Counted from the stretch's first letter, positions 27,104 through 37,619 are shown. The stretch: 60,025 bases of DNA from an uncultured Candidatus Poseidoniales archaeon (GCA_000246735.1 CM001443.1:325278-385302), one strand, 5' to 3'. Made by a program: numbers and translations. Notes: a model not told the origin generated them from the letters alone.

Positions 27104-27445
27104 TCAAGCCTCGTTATCGTTCAATGGGGCGGGTTTCCACCCTGTTTTCCAGAAATCAAGGTCGTCTAACCACTGCATCCATTCTTCATCTGAACAACTC
27201 AACAGCCGGAACGCACGTGCTTCCAATCCTTCTCTGTTGGCGGCTGTTAAGACGCCCTGCTCGAGTGCGTCATGCCATTCAACCTGCATGTGGCGAATCC
27301 TTCGTCGCGCTTCCTCTGGCTGTTCGAAATTCATTTCACATAGATCCCTCAGTTCCGAAATCCAAGTTCGTGCATCCTTGAGCAGCGGGTCTTCAACACG
27401 TGTCCGCTTGGAATTGGGTTTTTTCGTAAACGGCCACCAACCCAT
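27104..27445 (-). CDS. Hypothetical protein
   Basis: ORF co-oriented with, and 25 nt upstream of, the Grx/GST-like gene. No motif recognised. Confidence 0.4.
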   Translation of the reverse strand: MGWWPFTKKPNSKRTRVEDPLLKDARTWISELRDLCEMNFEQPEEARRRIRHMQVEWHDALEQGVLTAANREGLEARAFRLLSCSDEEWMQWLDDLDFWKTGWKPAPLNDNEA

Positions 27446-27519
27446 GAAACGCTGAAGAACAGGTCTTCCTTAACGCCATCTGTTGAAACTGATATAGCCG
27501 TTAACAACATGGGTGGGCC

Positions 27520-27840
27520 ATGGAAACCGATTTTTGGTTTGATATTCTTAGCTCTGCGGCCATTGAAGGCATCATTTTTGGAGCCGTGCTTGGCCTGCTT
27601 TGGTCCATGGGCTCGAAAGCCGTACAGTGGTTCCTTATCGGCGAATTTATTCTCCTTAAGTGGCTTGAATCCAGAAACATTCTGGTTGTCGATTGGGAAC
27701 GACTTACCCTTGGCATTGTTGAGAACGGCAACCGGGCTCTCGACGAAGTTCTCACCCTTGCCCAATCATTTGTCGATCTCGGGGCCTTCGGAGCAAGCAC
27801 TGCCATTGGCTTTTTCCTCGTCCAAAAGATTCGTTCGTGA
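27520..27840 (+). CDS. Possible small membrane protein
   Basis: Two hydrophobic segments, and it precedes rlmH on the same strand. Competing ORFs exist on both strands, so this is a weak call. Confidence 0.3.
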   Translation: METDFWFDILSSAAIEGIIFGAVLGLLWSMGSKAVQWFLIGEFILLKWLESRNILVVDWERLTLGIVENGNRALDEVLTLAQSFVDLGAFGASTAIGFFLVQKIRS

Positions 27841-27876
27841 TGCATCTTCATCAACTGCCCATCAAACCCACGAAGC

Positions 27877-28308
27877 ATGGGTCGGGTGATTGTCCATCTT
27901 CATGGTTCGACCAAACAGAAGGATTTGAACCGCCTTGTTGAGATGTATGCGGCACGTTTGAACAACCGTGGTGTCCGAATTGAAATCCATTCAAGTAAGC
28001 TTTCTTCGGCAGCGTATCTTGATTTGTTATGTGATCTGGCAGGTGATGTTTATTTGTTGGATGAAGGGGGTCAAATGGAAGACTCCGTCGCTTTTGCACA
28101 GCGTTTCAAAGCATGGACCGTACAGACACATTCGACGCATTTGGCAATTGGTCCGGCAGAAGGGTGGACAACGAAACCGAGTTGTACTTGCAAGCGTCTC
28201 TCCCTCTCACCGATGACCATGCCTCACGAGCTGGCAAGTGTTGTGCTGATTGAACAAGTCTATCGCGCTACTGAGATTCTTCGAGGAAGCGAATATCACA
28301 AGGCTTGA
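27877..28308 (+). CDS. rlmH: 23S rRNA (pseudouridine-N3)-methyltransferase RlmH (SPOUT)
   Basis: C-terminal [35 protein letters not shown] matches the RlmH signature. Length is 143 aa. Confidence 0.8.
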   Translation: MGRVIVHLHGSTKQKDLNRLVEMYAARLNNRGVRIEIHSSKLSSAAYLDLLCDLAGDVYLLDEGGQMEDSVAFAQRFKAWTVQTHSTHLAIGPAEGWTTKPSCTCKRLSLSPMTMPHELASVVLIEQVYRATEILRGSEYHKA

Positions 28309-28355
28309 CCAAAGGGTCAAGAAGCACCGATTCTTGGCAAAACCGGAGGCAATGA

Positions 28356-29123
28356 ATGCTGCTCTTGGAACAGGAAAGCCTGCGTTGGATTCTCCTAGGG
28401 TTCGAAGCATCGATTGGTCTCGTGCTCATCCTTGCATCGAAAAGCCAACCGTTTCCCCTTCCTTCTCGCCGATTTGGCTGGATTGTCCTCTCAATTGCTC
28501 TCTTATTGACACTCGGGCAACTCGCACCGAACCCGGTTTCAGTGCTCGGCCACCTGTTTATTCTCACGGTGCTTGGTTCGTTTGGCTTGCTGGTCGGAAT
28601 TCATCACTTGATTCGCACCCGCAGGGAAGTGCTTATCGCTCCTTTCTCGGGTTTCCTTTTCTGTGTTGGAATTGGCGGGCTTATGGTCACAACATGGCCC
28701 GAATTGAATACCTTTGAACAATGGTCTGGATTTGCCGCCCTTGTGATGCTTGGGGGTGGGCAGACATGGTTGGTGTTCCGTGGACTCCTCATTGGACGAC
28801 TCCCTCTTGCATGGAGCCAAGCAGGCATGGTCGCTCTTCAACGAGGCTTTATCGACGGGCCAGAAGGGGCGATCGCTTGCTTCGAAAAGGGGTGGGATGC
28901 TGAGGAAGAACACCTCAATCCAATGGCTTACGTGGCTCTCCATCGGCTGAATGTGTTTGTTGGTAATCAAGAAAAGGCGACAGAATGGCTGCATGCTCTT
29001 GAAGATGTAGGAGGTGAAAAGGGCGTGGCTCCGGAGTGGATTCAAGCCATTCACGAGGCACTGGCTCGTCTTGACCCTGAGGCTGCGACCCATCTTCCCG
29101 CACTGACCAGCAGCGAAGAGTGA
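28356..29123 (+). CDS. Membrane protein (about 5 TM) with a helical C-terminal domain
   Basis: Hydrophobic helices in the first 150 aa, then a TPR-like helical tail. No motif recognised. Confidence 0.5.
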   Translation: MLLLEQESLRWILLGFEASIGLVLILASKSQPFPLPSRRFGWIVLSIALLLTLGQLAPNPVSVLGHLFILTVLGSFGLLVGIHHLIRTRREVLIAPFSGFLFCVGIGGLMVTTWPELNTFEQWSGFAALVMLGGGQTWLVFRGLLIGRLPLAWSQAGMVALQRGFIDGPEGAIACFEKGWDAEEEHLNPMAYVALHRLNVFVGNQEKATEWLHALEDVGGEKGVAPEWIQAIHEALARLDPEAATHLPALTSSEE

Positions 29124-29147
29124 TTCCGGATTCCGGGCACTTTCCAC

Positions 29148-29155
29148 TTTTTTTT
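29148..29155 (+). terminator. Oligo-T tract (T8), candidate archaeal termination signal
   Basis: A run of 8 T lies 25 nt after the stop at 29123, at the start of an AT-rich intergenic region. Confidence 0.4.
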
Positions 29156-29243
29156 CACCATATCAGTTCTTGTAATGGCTGAATGAGCATTTATTGACTC
29201 AACAAAACAAACTCCTTAATACGATGAAAGTCGATTTATTACT

Positions 29244-29525
29244 ATGGGAACAAGTGAAACGAAGACAAGAGCGCTGACAATGAGCACGGTGATGTGGTAC
29301 GCAATCTTCGTATGGTTCGCCTCCAGTTTGTTCTCCCAATCCCTCTACATGGCATTCAACGGTGTCCCGTACGACGCCGTCGCACTGCTCCAAAATCTCG
29401 GGCCCGTCTACTACATCGTGCTTGCAATTGAGTTGGTTGTCTGGATCAGTCTTGGAAGTCTTCTCGTCAAGAAAGTGGTCACCAAGACACGAGATCGTGT
29501 TCAACCGGTTGCTCTTGCAGCATAA
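29244..29525 (+). CDS. Small three-TM membrane protein
   Basis: Hydrophobic helices. Flanked by an AT-rich upstream spacer and a downstream T7 tract. Confidence 0.5.
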   Translation: MGTSETKTRALTMSTVMWYAIFVWFASSLFSQSLYMAFNGVPYDAVALLQNLGPVYYIVLAIELVVWISLGSLLVKKVVTKTRDRVQPVALAA

Positions 29526-29530
29526 TGTTC

Positions 29531-29537
29531 TTTTTTT
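29531..29537 (+). terminator. Oligo-T tract (T7), candidate archaeal termination signal
   Basis: A run of 7 T starts 6 nt after the TAA stop at 29523-29525. Confidence 0.4.
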
Positions 29538-29739
29538 CAGCAAAATCTGAGCAGCGACCACCCTGTAGTTCTGCCACGAAGAAACCAATCACCCTCCAAA
29601 TTCACGAAAAATCAAACGTTTTGTCCGATGACTTGAAGGTCCGCCAAGACAAGGAACCCATGTGAGAGAAACAGGGGATGTTCCATTCTTTTCTGGTCGA
29701 CCAATGGACACATGTTCATTGAGGGACCAAGAAACAGCG

Positions 29740-30147
29740 ATGCGAGTTCTCCCTCGCGGCGCCCGAATCGTGACCATTGAGGAAGCGAGAGAAAATTTGC
29801 CAAAAGTCACCCGCTGGCTTGCTGAACTTCAAGCGATGAGCGATGAAGCCCACGATTTAACGGAAGAACTGGAAGTACTTCTCGAAACTCTTCAAGCAGA
29901 AAATGAACATGTTGTAGAGGTTGCAGAGCACCTTGCACAACTGGTTGCGCACTGGCAACACACCACTGCCAAAATCGAAGCAACAGGCACCAGAATCGCT
30001 TGCTTGGAGCCAGGTCGCCTCGAATGGTACGGGGTTGTTGATGAGCATCTTGCGCTGTATTCTTGGAGCCTTGGTGAGGAAGACATCGAATGGTATCATC
30101 CGATCGATGCCAGCTTCATGGCCCGAAAACCACTCATAGAAGCGTGA
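29740..30147 (+). CDS. DUF2203-like protein
   Basis: MRVLPRGARIVTIEEARENLPKV..., a coiled coil, and LEPGRLEWYGVV...YSWSLGE resemble the DUF2203 pattern. ORF is open from a GTG at 29662. Confidence 0.45.
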   Translation: MRVLPRGARIVTIEEARENLPKVTRWLAELQAMSDEAHDLTEELEVLLETLQAENEHVVEVAEHLAQLVAHWQHTTAKIEATGTRIACLEPGRLEWYGVVDEHLALYSWSLGEEDIEWYHPIDASFMARKPLIEA

Positions 30148-30169
30148 CCTCGCAGGGCTGAGGACGAGC

Positions 30170-30865
30170 ATGGTTCGAATCAATCGGGTGTACACTGGCG
30201 GTGGCGATGAAGGTGAAACTTCCCTTGTGGATGGGTCACGACGGTCAAAAGCAGATCTTCGCTTCGAAGTGGTTGGGACATGCGATGAGTTGAACGCAGT
30301 GTTTGGGCTTGTTGCGATGGAAGCAAACCGCCTACCCCCTCACGAAGATGGCGGCAGCAGGGCGACTGTGGAGCGTGTGCAAACCATCCTTTCGATGGTT
30401 CTTACACGAGTTCAAAACGAATTGTTCGATCTTGGGGCAGAATTGGCTTGTGTGCCCTCGGAACTTCCTGAATACATGGTCCTAATCAACGAGACACAAT
30501 GCGATGTCCTGGTTGAGGAAATGGATGCTTGGCTTGAGCATGTTGAGCCGCTCACCAGTTTTATCCTCCCAGCAGGGCATGGTCCAGAAGCAACGCTTCA
30601 CCTCGCTCGAACGGTTGCTCGGCGCCTTGAACGCGCAGTGATTCGTCTCAAAGAGCATGAAGGCGAAGGTTCAGTGAGGCCGATTGTTCAGGTCTACCTT
30701 AACAGATTGTCAGATTGGTTATTTGTCCTGGGCCGATGGGTCACTTCAGGGCTTGGCCACGATGAGATGCTTTGGCAACCGTTGGGAAAAAGAGGTCCTG
30801 AGTCCGGCGTCGCCAATCGAATCCGCCGCCTCTATGCTTCGGACGAAGATTTTGAAATGCTGTGA
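30170..30865 (+). CDS. ATP:cob(I)alamin adenosyltransferase, PduO type
   Basis: RVYTGGGDEGETSLVDGSRRSKADLRFEVVGTCDELN is the classic PduO/MMAB N-terminus; FILPAG is also present. Confidence 0.85.
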   Translation: MVRINRVYTGGGDEGETSLVDGSRRSKADLRFEVVGTCDELNAVFGLVAMEANRLPPHEDGGSRATVERVQTILSMVLTRVQNELFDLGAELACVPSELPEYMVLINETQCDVLVEEMDAWLEHVEPLTSFILPAGHGPEATLHLARTVARRLERAVIRLKEHEGEGSVRPIVQVYLNRLSDWLFVLGRWVTSGLGHDEMLWQPLGKRGPESGVANRIRRLYASDEDFEML

Positions 30866-31303
30866 TTACTCAAGGCCTAAGGCGGCCATGTGCTGACGAG
30901 CGCCTCTCAAAACGCTCCTTGTTTCTTCATGGGAGAGTTGTTGTTCAGCCATGTCCCAATCCAGCCACATGTACCCTCGGTGTTCGTGCGAAAGTTTGAC
31001 CGTGATTTGTTCTGTTTGTGCAACGTACCAATACACTTGCTTCACTTTCCGCTTTCCTCGATGACGATAGGTGTATTCACTTCGCTCAACAAAGTGGTCG
31101 ACAAATTGGATTTGGTCGATGCCTGTTTCTTCAGCTAACTCCCGCTGTGCTGTGCTGTGGTGGTCCTCGTCATCTGCCTCGACGTGACCCTTTGGAAAAT
31201 CCCAATGACCTTGCGGGTATTGGAGCAAAAGCACCGTCCCATAGTTTACCAAGACAACGCCGCATGAAGTTTCCATGCCATCCACTAGAGGGCACACGGT
31301 CAT
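30866..31303 (-). CDS. NUDIX hydrolase (Ap4A-hydrolase-like)
   Basis: Nudix box GHWDFPKGHVEADDEDHHSTAQRELAEETGI. Confidence 0.8.
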   Translation of the reverse strand: MTVCPLVDGMETSCGVVLVNYGTVLLLQYPQGHWDFPKGHVEADDEDHHSTAQRELAEETGIDQIQFVDHFVERSEYTYRHRGKRKVKQVYWYVAQTEQITVKLSHEHRGYMWLDWDMAEQQLSHEETRSVLRGARQHMAALGLE

Positions 31304-31365
31304 GTTACTTGCGGCCGATATGATTCCAGCAAATCTTCTTCAAGCCGCTCCTTCACGAGCCGATT

Positions 31366-32364
31366 ATGGGGGAATCATCGAGTGTTCTTGCCGAAGCCGG
31401 CCTCCCTGATTTCACAAGCATCGTTGCAGATTCAGATTTGGATGGGCTTTGTGCTGCTGCTGTCTTGAAGGCAGCCAACCCAAAAGCGGTTGTTCACTTT
31501 GCCCATGCTGCATTGATTCGATCCGGCTCAGTGGATCATTTGATTGATCAACACACGGCAATGGTGGACCTCCCCTTCCATCCAGATTGTGGATGGTACC
31601 TCGACCACCACCAAACCAACCGGCCAAACGAAGTGGAAGAGGCCGCGTTCATTGCACGCGGCGGAACATGTCACTGGGAGGCCACGCCCTCTGCAGCAAG
31701 ACTTGCCTATGACGTGCTCCAACCCTACATTGATCTAAGTCATCTTGAGGAGATTATGCCTGTTGTTGATGCCCTGGACTCAGGACAGATCACGAGGGAG
31801 GAGTTCCTCGAAGATGGACCAATTCTCCAACTTGCTCGTTCGCTTTCCATGCGAGAAACAGAACACATGCAATTGTTGCTTAGTTTGCTCTCCAAAGGCG
31901 TCCGCCTTGCAGACATTTTAGCCGACGAGCGAATACAACCCCACGTCAATCGCGCGAAAGAGGAGCGCAAAGCAGCACAACTCGTCGTCGAGTCCTCAAC
32001 AACCATCATCGATCGACTTGCTGTGTGTCGCATGGATGAAAAAGGCGTTCGCTCAAACGGCTATCTCGTCACAGCATGGGCAGGCGACCGCGCTGATGCT
32101 TGCTGCATCATTCACGGGTATGCAGACGGTTCAATTGATACGCCAGACCGGCCTGCTCTTTCTGCCAGTTTCTACGCCAATTCGTTCCTGCCAGAAGGGC
32201 AAGGGCGTTTTGATTTGTCTCGACTGGCCACAGCCCTTGACCCAACAGGTGGGGGCCACGCGAATGCTTGTGGGTGCCGCATCCAAGAACCAGGTCTCGA
32301 ATCGAACCTCGAACATTGGCTTGACATGTGGTCAAAACGAAGTGAGACTTTGGCCATTCGTTGA
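31366..32364 (+). CDS. DHH/DHHA1 family phosphoesterase
   Basis: DSDLDGLCAA (motif I), YLDHHQT (DHH) and GGGHANACG (DHHA1). Confidence 0.7.
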   Translation: MGESSSVLAEAGLPDFTSIVADSDLDGLCAAAVLKAANPKAVVHFAHAALIRSGSVDHLIDQHTAMVDLPFHPDCGWYLDHHQTNRPNEVEEAAFIARGGTCHWEATPSAARLAYDVLQPYIDLSHLEEIMPVVDALDSGQITREEFLEDGPILQLARSLSMRETEHMQLLLSLLSKGVRLADILADERIQPHVNRAKEERKAAQLVVESSTTIIDRLAVCRMDEKGVRSNGYLVTAWAGDRADACCIIHGYADGSIDTPDRPALSASFYANSFLPEGQGRFDLSRLATALDPTGGGHANACGCRIQEPGLESNLEHWLDMWSKRSETLAIR

Positions 32365-32835
32365 TCACGCTAGGACGATGAAAAGGTAAAGGAATCCAAG
32401 GAACGCATGAAGGAACACAAGGACCACAATGAGGTCTGCAGCCCTTCCGTGTTTGAGTGAATGGTGACTGAATTTCTCTCCATTCATCCTTGCATCCCGT
32501 GCTCTTCGCCCCATCCTCGCCAGTGCGTACAACAAACCAAATCCAACCGGACCCATGAAACCATGAAGGCTCTGAGGCATAAGGTTCGACAGCGCATCAC
32601 CATCAGTGCGCCAACCAACAATGGCCCGTGCAATGAACGCCACGGCAATCACGCCGAAAGTGGAGCGGAGCAAGCGTTCCCCCATTTTTTCGTGCCGATC
32701 TCTTGCTTCAACACGCTGCTCGCCTTTGAGTTCATGGCTTTTCTTTCGCCATGAGTATTGCCACCAAATCCATACAAGCAGACCGGTTGCCAAAAGTGGA
32801 TGCAACAGGAGAATGGCGGCGTTGATTAGGTCCAT
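32365..32835 (-). CDS. Four-TM membrane protein with conserved His residues (DUF4079/cytochrome b561-like)
   Basis: Four hydrophobic helices with His near the helix ends. The family guess is weak. Confidence 0.45.
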   Translation of the reverse strand: MDLINAAILLLHPLLATGLLVWIWWQYSWRKKSHELKGEQRVEARDRHEKMGERLLRSTFGVIAVAFIARAIVGWRTDGDALSNLMPQSLHGFMGPVGFGLLYALARMGRRARDARMNGEKFSHHSLKHGRAADLIVVLVFLHAFLGFLYLFIVLA

Positions 32836-33031
32836 TCAATCGCCCCCTTGCTTCATCGGAGGCCGCCTTTCCTCATGGATGTTATTGGAAACATTCGATT
32901 CAAGGCGCTCAACGCAGGAGTGCCCCGTGCCGGTGGGTTGAAGGAGGGTAGGTGGAGGCAATGGGTAAGGGGCGAGTATTCTGCAGGAGAACTATCTGGC
33001 AAATTGCCTTCAAGTTGCGTTCAAATCCAAC

Positions 33032-36000
33032 GTGACGAAAGCGCGCCGCCAGTCCCTCGTCGTTCGAACTCCAGATTGGCAACTTTTGGATAAGGCATGG
33101 CGCCCGATTCTGCTCTTGGCGGTTGCTGAAACGGAACTTCCCGCAGCCGATGAAGAAGATCAATCCTCGCCAATGCGGAAACCTACCAACATGCGACGCA
33201 CACGAACGCGCCGTGGTGGCCGGGGCTCAACTGGGCCGCTCGACAACCTCCCATCCCCAGCAGAAATGCTCATTCCAAGCGATTTCTCAGACGCCTATCG
33301 GCTCGCTGTGCTTCTCGCGCACAAATTACTCAACAAAGACGAGTGGGATGCATCTTGGGAAACCACCGAAACCAGCCTGCGTGACTCTTGCCTCGAAAAG
33401 GGAGCCCACCCTGTGTGGAGCGACCTAGCACAACACACCCCACTCTTCGGTCAATTTGCAGCGTTCCCAGTCGCAAAACCGAAGAAAACCGCCACAAAGA
33501 AAAAGATCGACATGGCGCCAAGCTACATCGATCCGACATCCTCCAAGGATTTGGCAACGGCTCTTGAGGCGCTTGCGCCTACTGTTGACACCGCAGAGGC
33601 TCAAGTGGCACTCAGGACCGTGAGTTCTCAACTCTCCGCTGGTCGAAATCTCACTCCTGGCGCACTGTTGTTCGAACTCGAGGGCCAAGCCTCAGCTCTT
33701 TCTGCTCTGCTTCTCATCGCAACTGGTAACGATGCCAGCGATGCGTTGGTTCGTCTCAAGAAGGCCGACAAAACCCTCGCATCGGACTTGAGCGACTTGG
33801 TCGCATTGCGAAATGGAGAGGTCAACGATTGGGTCGCAAGCACCAATGCAACAGGCGAACACTCCCTTGCAAACGCCCGTCGTTTCCTCGCATGGCAGCA
33901 TCCACCCGAATCTTCTGCAGAACTCGATGCTGAAACTCTCAGTGCGGGACTTGACCTTCTGAAGAATGGAAAAGCACCGGCTCAATCCATCGAGCGAGTG
34001 ACATGGTGGCGATTAGCAGCCCTTCACCGAGAAGGGAAAACCGAGGAAACGATTCAAACACTCACGGCTCTCAAACTCGACGCCCACGCCGAACTTTCCA
34101 ACTTACTCCCGCTCGTCTCTGACCTCGGAAGTGAGGAAGTACAATCTTGGCTCGAAGGTCAAATACCGCACCTCGATGACGGAGCCCTCGTCGACATCAT
34201 TTGTTCCACGGGCGTTGATACGGCTGCACAAGCGCTTGCAGCAAAGCATTTGAGCCATGACAACAGCGAGGCTTGGGAGCATGTCCTCCCCATCGTCATC
34301 GATATCTACACCCGCTCGATGAACCTCCGACGTCTGTCTGAAATCATCGTCAAGAACGATCTCACGCCAATGTCTCACCCATACGAGACCTTGCTTGCCG
34401 CCCACCTTTTGGCAGCCGGTAAAGACAACGATTTGTGGCACATGGTCCGAACTGCACGGCAAAAAGCCCTCGATTCTGTTCACAGCACTGAAGCCCCTCC
34501 TGCCTTTTCCTCGACCAGCGAAGCCCTGCTGATGCTGTTTGAGGGAGAAAATGTGGACGATGAACGCCTCGGCACTCTTCTTGATAAAAACGGGCTTCTC
34601 GCCTTCGGTGTCATCCGTCGAGCCCTTCGTGAGGGTGGTTCAGGTATTGTCGAACATAAGGAACTCAAAGCATTAGAAACAAGTGTGGCTGAAGCAGACC
34701 TTAGCCTCATGGAACAACACTTGTTCGCTGCTGTGATCGACACCCTTCGCTTGAACCGTGTCGCATTGATGTTGCAACACGGAACTTCTGATGATTCTAC
34801 GGTCGGAAGCGTCAACACCTTGCTCGCCAACGAAAACGTTCCAACTGCCATGATTCACTCAGTGCGTCATCTGGTTCTAGAGCACGATTTAGGCCTTCCC
34901 TCGTTGGTCCGCTGGTACCAAACAAACGACCCACTTTCGCCTTGGCACACCTTAGCCCGCGCATCAGTATCGGCGTCCAAGCAAGATGAACTCAACGCTG
35001 CGAGAGACTACCGAAGAGCTGGAGATCACGAAGGCTTCGATTATGAGCACAAGATTGTCCTTTACCGAAAGTCCCTCATTCACCTTGCCTTCGCAGGCCA
35101 ATGGAAGGAAGCAGTGGAACTTCTTGATGCCCAACCTGCCCTCAAGAGCGCCATTACAAAGCGGTTCCAACTCTACTTGCGTGTGTCGTTCACCTCGACT
35201 CAAAACACCAATGAAGCAACTCGATTGCTGAAGGACTTCGTTCGCTCGACGAAAACGATTACGCAGGAAAACGAAGAAGGTGAAATCGAAAGTATTGATG
35301 TCACCTACTTTGCCGAGGACGACCTTGACATGCTCAAGACATACCCTCTCGAACATCAACGCGTCCTCCCAACTGATCCATTCTGTGGCCGAGTCACCGC
35401 CGCAGTAAACTCTCTGCAGAAGAATCGCCGTCGGCAACGAAACGCATTCGACACACGATTCACTCAACTCATGCAAGGCTCCTCTCCTTCGCTTGACGAA
35501 CTGTATGAGTTGGCCAAGGAAGCCGCCCAAGAAAAGCCAGTCGAAGGCCTCATGTTCCTTGAGCGAGCACAAAACAAGGGGCAATTCAACGTCCGAGAAA
35601 TCAAGCGAATTGCAGATGCCGAACAAGGCCTGTTTTCCGCTTACAAAGATCAGATTCCAAACGGCTCCCGCCGCTACTTGAGGAACCTCTCACTCTCACC
35701 GTTGGTTCTGATTGACACCAATGTGTTAATCGATGCACTCATGGATGCTATCAAGCAACGCTTGGAAGTGTTCACAGAAGCAAGCCTCGACATCGGTGGC
35801 CACGGTCACTTCCACCATGTCTTATTGAAGCGAGCACAAGAAGGTAAAATCCAACTTTGGCTCCCGAAGATCGTCAAGCAAGAACTCAGAGGAATTGCAA
35901 GCGATTTGGAGTTCCTACGTGGTCGCTTCAGCGGCCTCTTGGTCCCACCAACCATGCTTGACACCGTCTTTAGAAAGGAAGTCATCAGCGAGATCGTGGA

Positions 36001-36385
36001 CCAAGTGCTCTCTGACTACAGCACATGGCGACCAATGGACTTGCAACTCGAAGTCGAGTCTGAAGACGCTGAGAACAAATCTCGAGTGGTCGAGTTCTTC
36101 AAAGATTACACCGAGATTTACGAAGAGATTACGGCCATGAAGCGAACCAGAGGCGAACCGGCTCGAACCGTTGTCGACGGCTTAGATGTCTACCCCGAAT
36201 CTCCCGATTGCACCATCATGCACCTCGCTCTTCACTTAGCCAAGCAATCCCTTGGCAACCTCGGAACAGTCCTTGTTGCAACCCGAGACAGCGATTTCAC
36301 TCTTGTGTCACGGGCGCTTGAAGAGCGCTTTGGATTCGGCGTGGCAAAGAACAGCCGAGCCCTTAACGGATTTTTGCACGGATGA
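33032..36385 (+). CDS. Large alpha-helical protein with a C-terminal PIN-domain nuclease
   Basis: The last 230 aa carry VLIDTNVLIDAL (first acidic Asp), KQELRG, PESPDCTIMH and VATRDSDF (PIN acidic residues). About 880 aa of helical, TPR-like sequence lies upstream. GTG at 33032; the first ATG is at 33173. Confidence 0.7.
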   Translation: MTKARRQSLVVRTPDWQLLDKAWRPILLLAVAETELPAADEEDQSSPMRKPTNMRRTRTRRGGRGSTGPLDNLPSPAEMLIPSDFSDAYRLAVLLAHKLLNKDEWDASWETTETSLRDSCLEKGAHPVWSDLAQHTPLFGQFAAFPVAKPKKTATKKKIDMAPSYIDPTSSKDLATALEALAPTVDTAEAQVALRTVSSQLSAGRNLTPGALLFELEGQASALSALLLIATGNDASDALVRLKKADKTLASDLSDLVALRNGEVNDWVASTNATGEHSLANARRFLAWQHPPESSAELDAETLSAGLDLLKNGKAPAQSIERVTWWRLAALHREGKTEETIQTLTALKLDAHAELSNLLPLVSDLGSEEVQSWLEGQIPHLDDGALVDIICSTGVDTAAQALAAKHLSHDNSEAWEHVLPIVIDIYTRSMNLRRLSEIIVKNDLTPMSHPYETLLAAHLLAAGKDNDLWHMVRTARQKALDSVHSTEAPPAFSSTSEALLMLFEGENVDDERLGTLLDKNGLLAFGVIRRALREGGSGIVEHKELKALETSVAEADLSLMEQHLFAAVIDTLRLNRVALMLQHGTSDDSTVGSVNTLLANENVPTAMIHSVRHLVLEHDLGLPSLVRWYQTNDPLSPWHTLARASVSASKQDELNAARDYRRAGDHEGFDYEHKIVLYRKSLIHLAFAGQWKEAVELLDAQPALKSAITKRFQLYLRVSFTSTQNTNEATRLLKDFVRSTKTITQENEEGEIESIDVTYFAEDDLDMLKTYPLEHQRVLPTDPFCGRVTAAVNSLQKNRRRQRNAFDTRFTQLMQGSSPSLDELYELAKEAAQEKPVEGLMFLERAQNKGQFNVREIKRIADAEQGLFSAYKDQIPNGSRRYLRNLSLSPLVLIDTNVLIDALMDAIKQRLEVFTEASLDIGGHGHFHHVLLKRAQEGKIQLWLPKIVKQELRGIASDLEFLRGRFSGLLVPPTMLDTVFRKEVISEIVDQVLSDYSTWRPMDLQLEVESEDAENKSRVVEFFKDYTEIYEEITAMKRTRGEPARTVVDGLDVYPESPDCTIMHLALHLAKQSLGNLGTVLVATRDSDFTLVSRALEERFGFGVAKNSRALNGFLHG

Positions 36386-36392
36386 TACGAAC

Positions 36393-37619
36393 TCACATGT
36401 GTGAGATCATTGCATCGCCGAAGTCGCTGCAGGAAAGCAATGTTGCTTCGTCCATCAATCGTTCGAAGTCGTAGGTTACAGTTTGGGCTAGAATTGCCCC
36501 TTCCATGCCCTTGACAATCAGATCTGCTGCTTCGGTCCATCCCATGTGCCGGAGCATCATTTCAGCGGAGAGAATGAGAGAACCTGGATTCACTTTGTTT
36601 TGTCCAGCGTACTTTGGAGCTGTACCGTGGGTTGCCTCAAAGATTGAAATTCCCGTGTCGTAGTTGATGTTTGCACCAGGTGCAATACCAATGCCGCCGA
36701 CCTGAGCAGCGAGTGCATCTGAGATGTAATCGCCGTTGAGGTTCATCGTTGCAAGCACTGAATATTCTGCAGGACGGGTGATGATTTGCTGAAGCATAGC
36801 GTCGGCAATCACGTCTTTGATCAGGATGCTTCGACCAGTGGTTGGGTTTTCGAGGGTGCACCATGGGCCACCGTCAAGTTCGACTGCTCCGTATTCTTGC
36901 TTTGCAATCTCGTATCCCCAGTCCCGGAACCCACCTTCAGTGAACTTCATGATGTTCCCCTTGTGAACGAGCGTGAGGCTTTCTTTATCGTTGGCCAAAG
37001 CGTACTCAATCGCTGCTCGCACGATACGGGCTGTGCCTTCTTGAGAGATTGGCTTGATGCCAATTCCAGAGGTGTTCGGGAACCGAATCTTGTCAACGCC
37101 CATCTCATTTTGAAGGAAATCGATGACCTTCTTGACGCCTTCAGAACCAGCTTCCCACTCAATTCCAGCGTAGACATCTTCGCTGTTTTCACGGAAGATA
37201 ATCATGTCAACATCGCCAGGTGCTTTCACAGGGGATGGCGTACCATCATACCAGCGCACAGGTCGGACGCATGCAAACAAATCGAGCTTTTGGCGCAGGG
37301 CCACGTTGAGGGAGCGAATGCCACCGCCAACAGGGGTGGTCAATGGACCTTTGATGGAAACGAGGCCACTTCGCATGGCATCAAGCGTCGCTTCTGGCAA
37401 CCATTCACCGGTTGCGTTGAATGCTTTCTCGCCAGCCAATACTTCTGACCACACGATGCCACGTTGTCCTTCGTATGCCTTCTCGACTGAAGCGTCAACG
37501 ACCTTGATCATCACGGGGGTGATGTCCACGCCAATTCCATCGCCTTCGATGTAGTGAATTACTGGGTCGTTTGGGATGTTGAGTTTGCCATTTTCCATGG
37601 TAACGGGTGTTCCTGCCAT
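36393..37619 (-). CDS. icd: Isocitrate dehydrogenase (NADP), homodimeric bacterial type
   Basis: [48 protein letters not shown] and [25 protein letters not shown]. Confidence 0.95.
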   Translation of the reverse strand: MAGTPVTMENGKLNIPNDPVIHYIEGDGIGVDITPVMIKVVDASVEKAYEGQRGIVWSEVLAGEKAFNATGEWLPEATLDAMRSGLVSIKGPLTTPVGGGIRSLNVALRQKLDLFACVRPVRWYDGTPSPVKAPGDVDMIIFRENSEDVYAGIEWEAGSEGVKKVIDFLQNEMGVDKIRFPNTSGIGIKPISQEGTARIVRAAIEYALANDKESLTLVHKGNIMKFTEGGFRDWGYEIAKQEYGAVELDGGPWCTLENPTTGRSILIKDVIADAMLQQIITRPAEYSVLATMNLNGDYISDALAAQVGGIGIAPGANINYDTGISIFEATHGTAPKYAGQNKVNPGSLILSAEMMLRHMGWTEAADLIVKGMEGAILAQTVTYDFERLMDEATLLSCSDFGDAMISHM

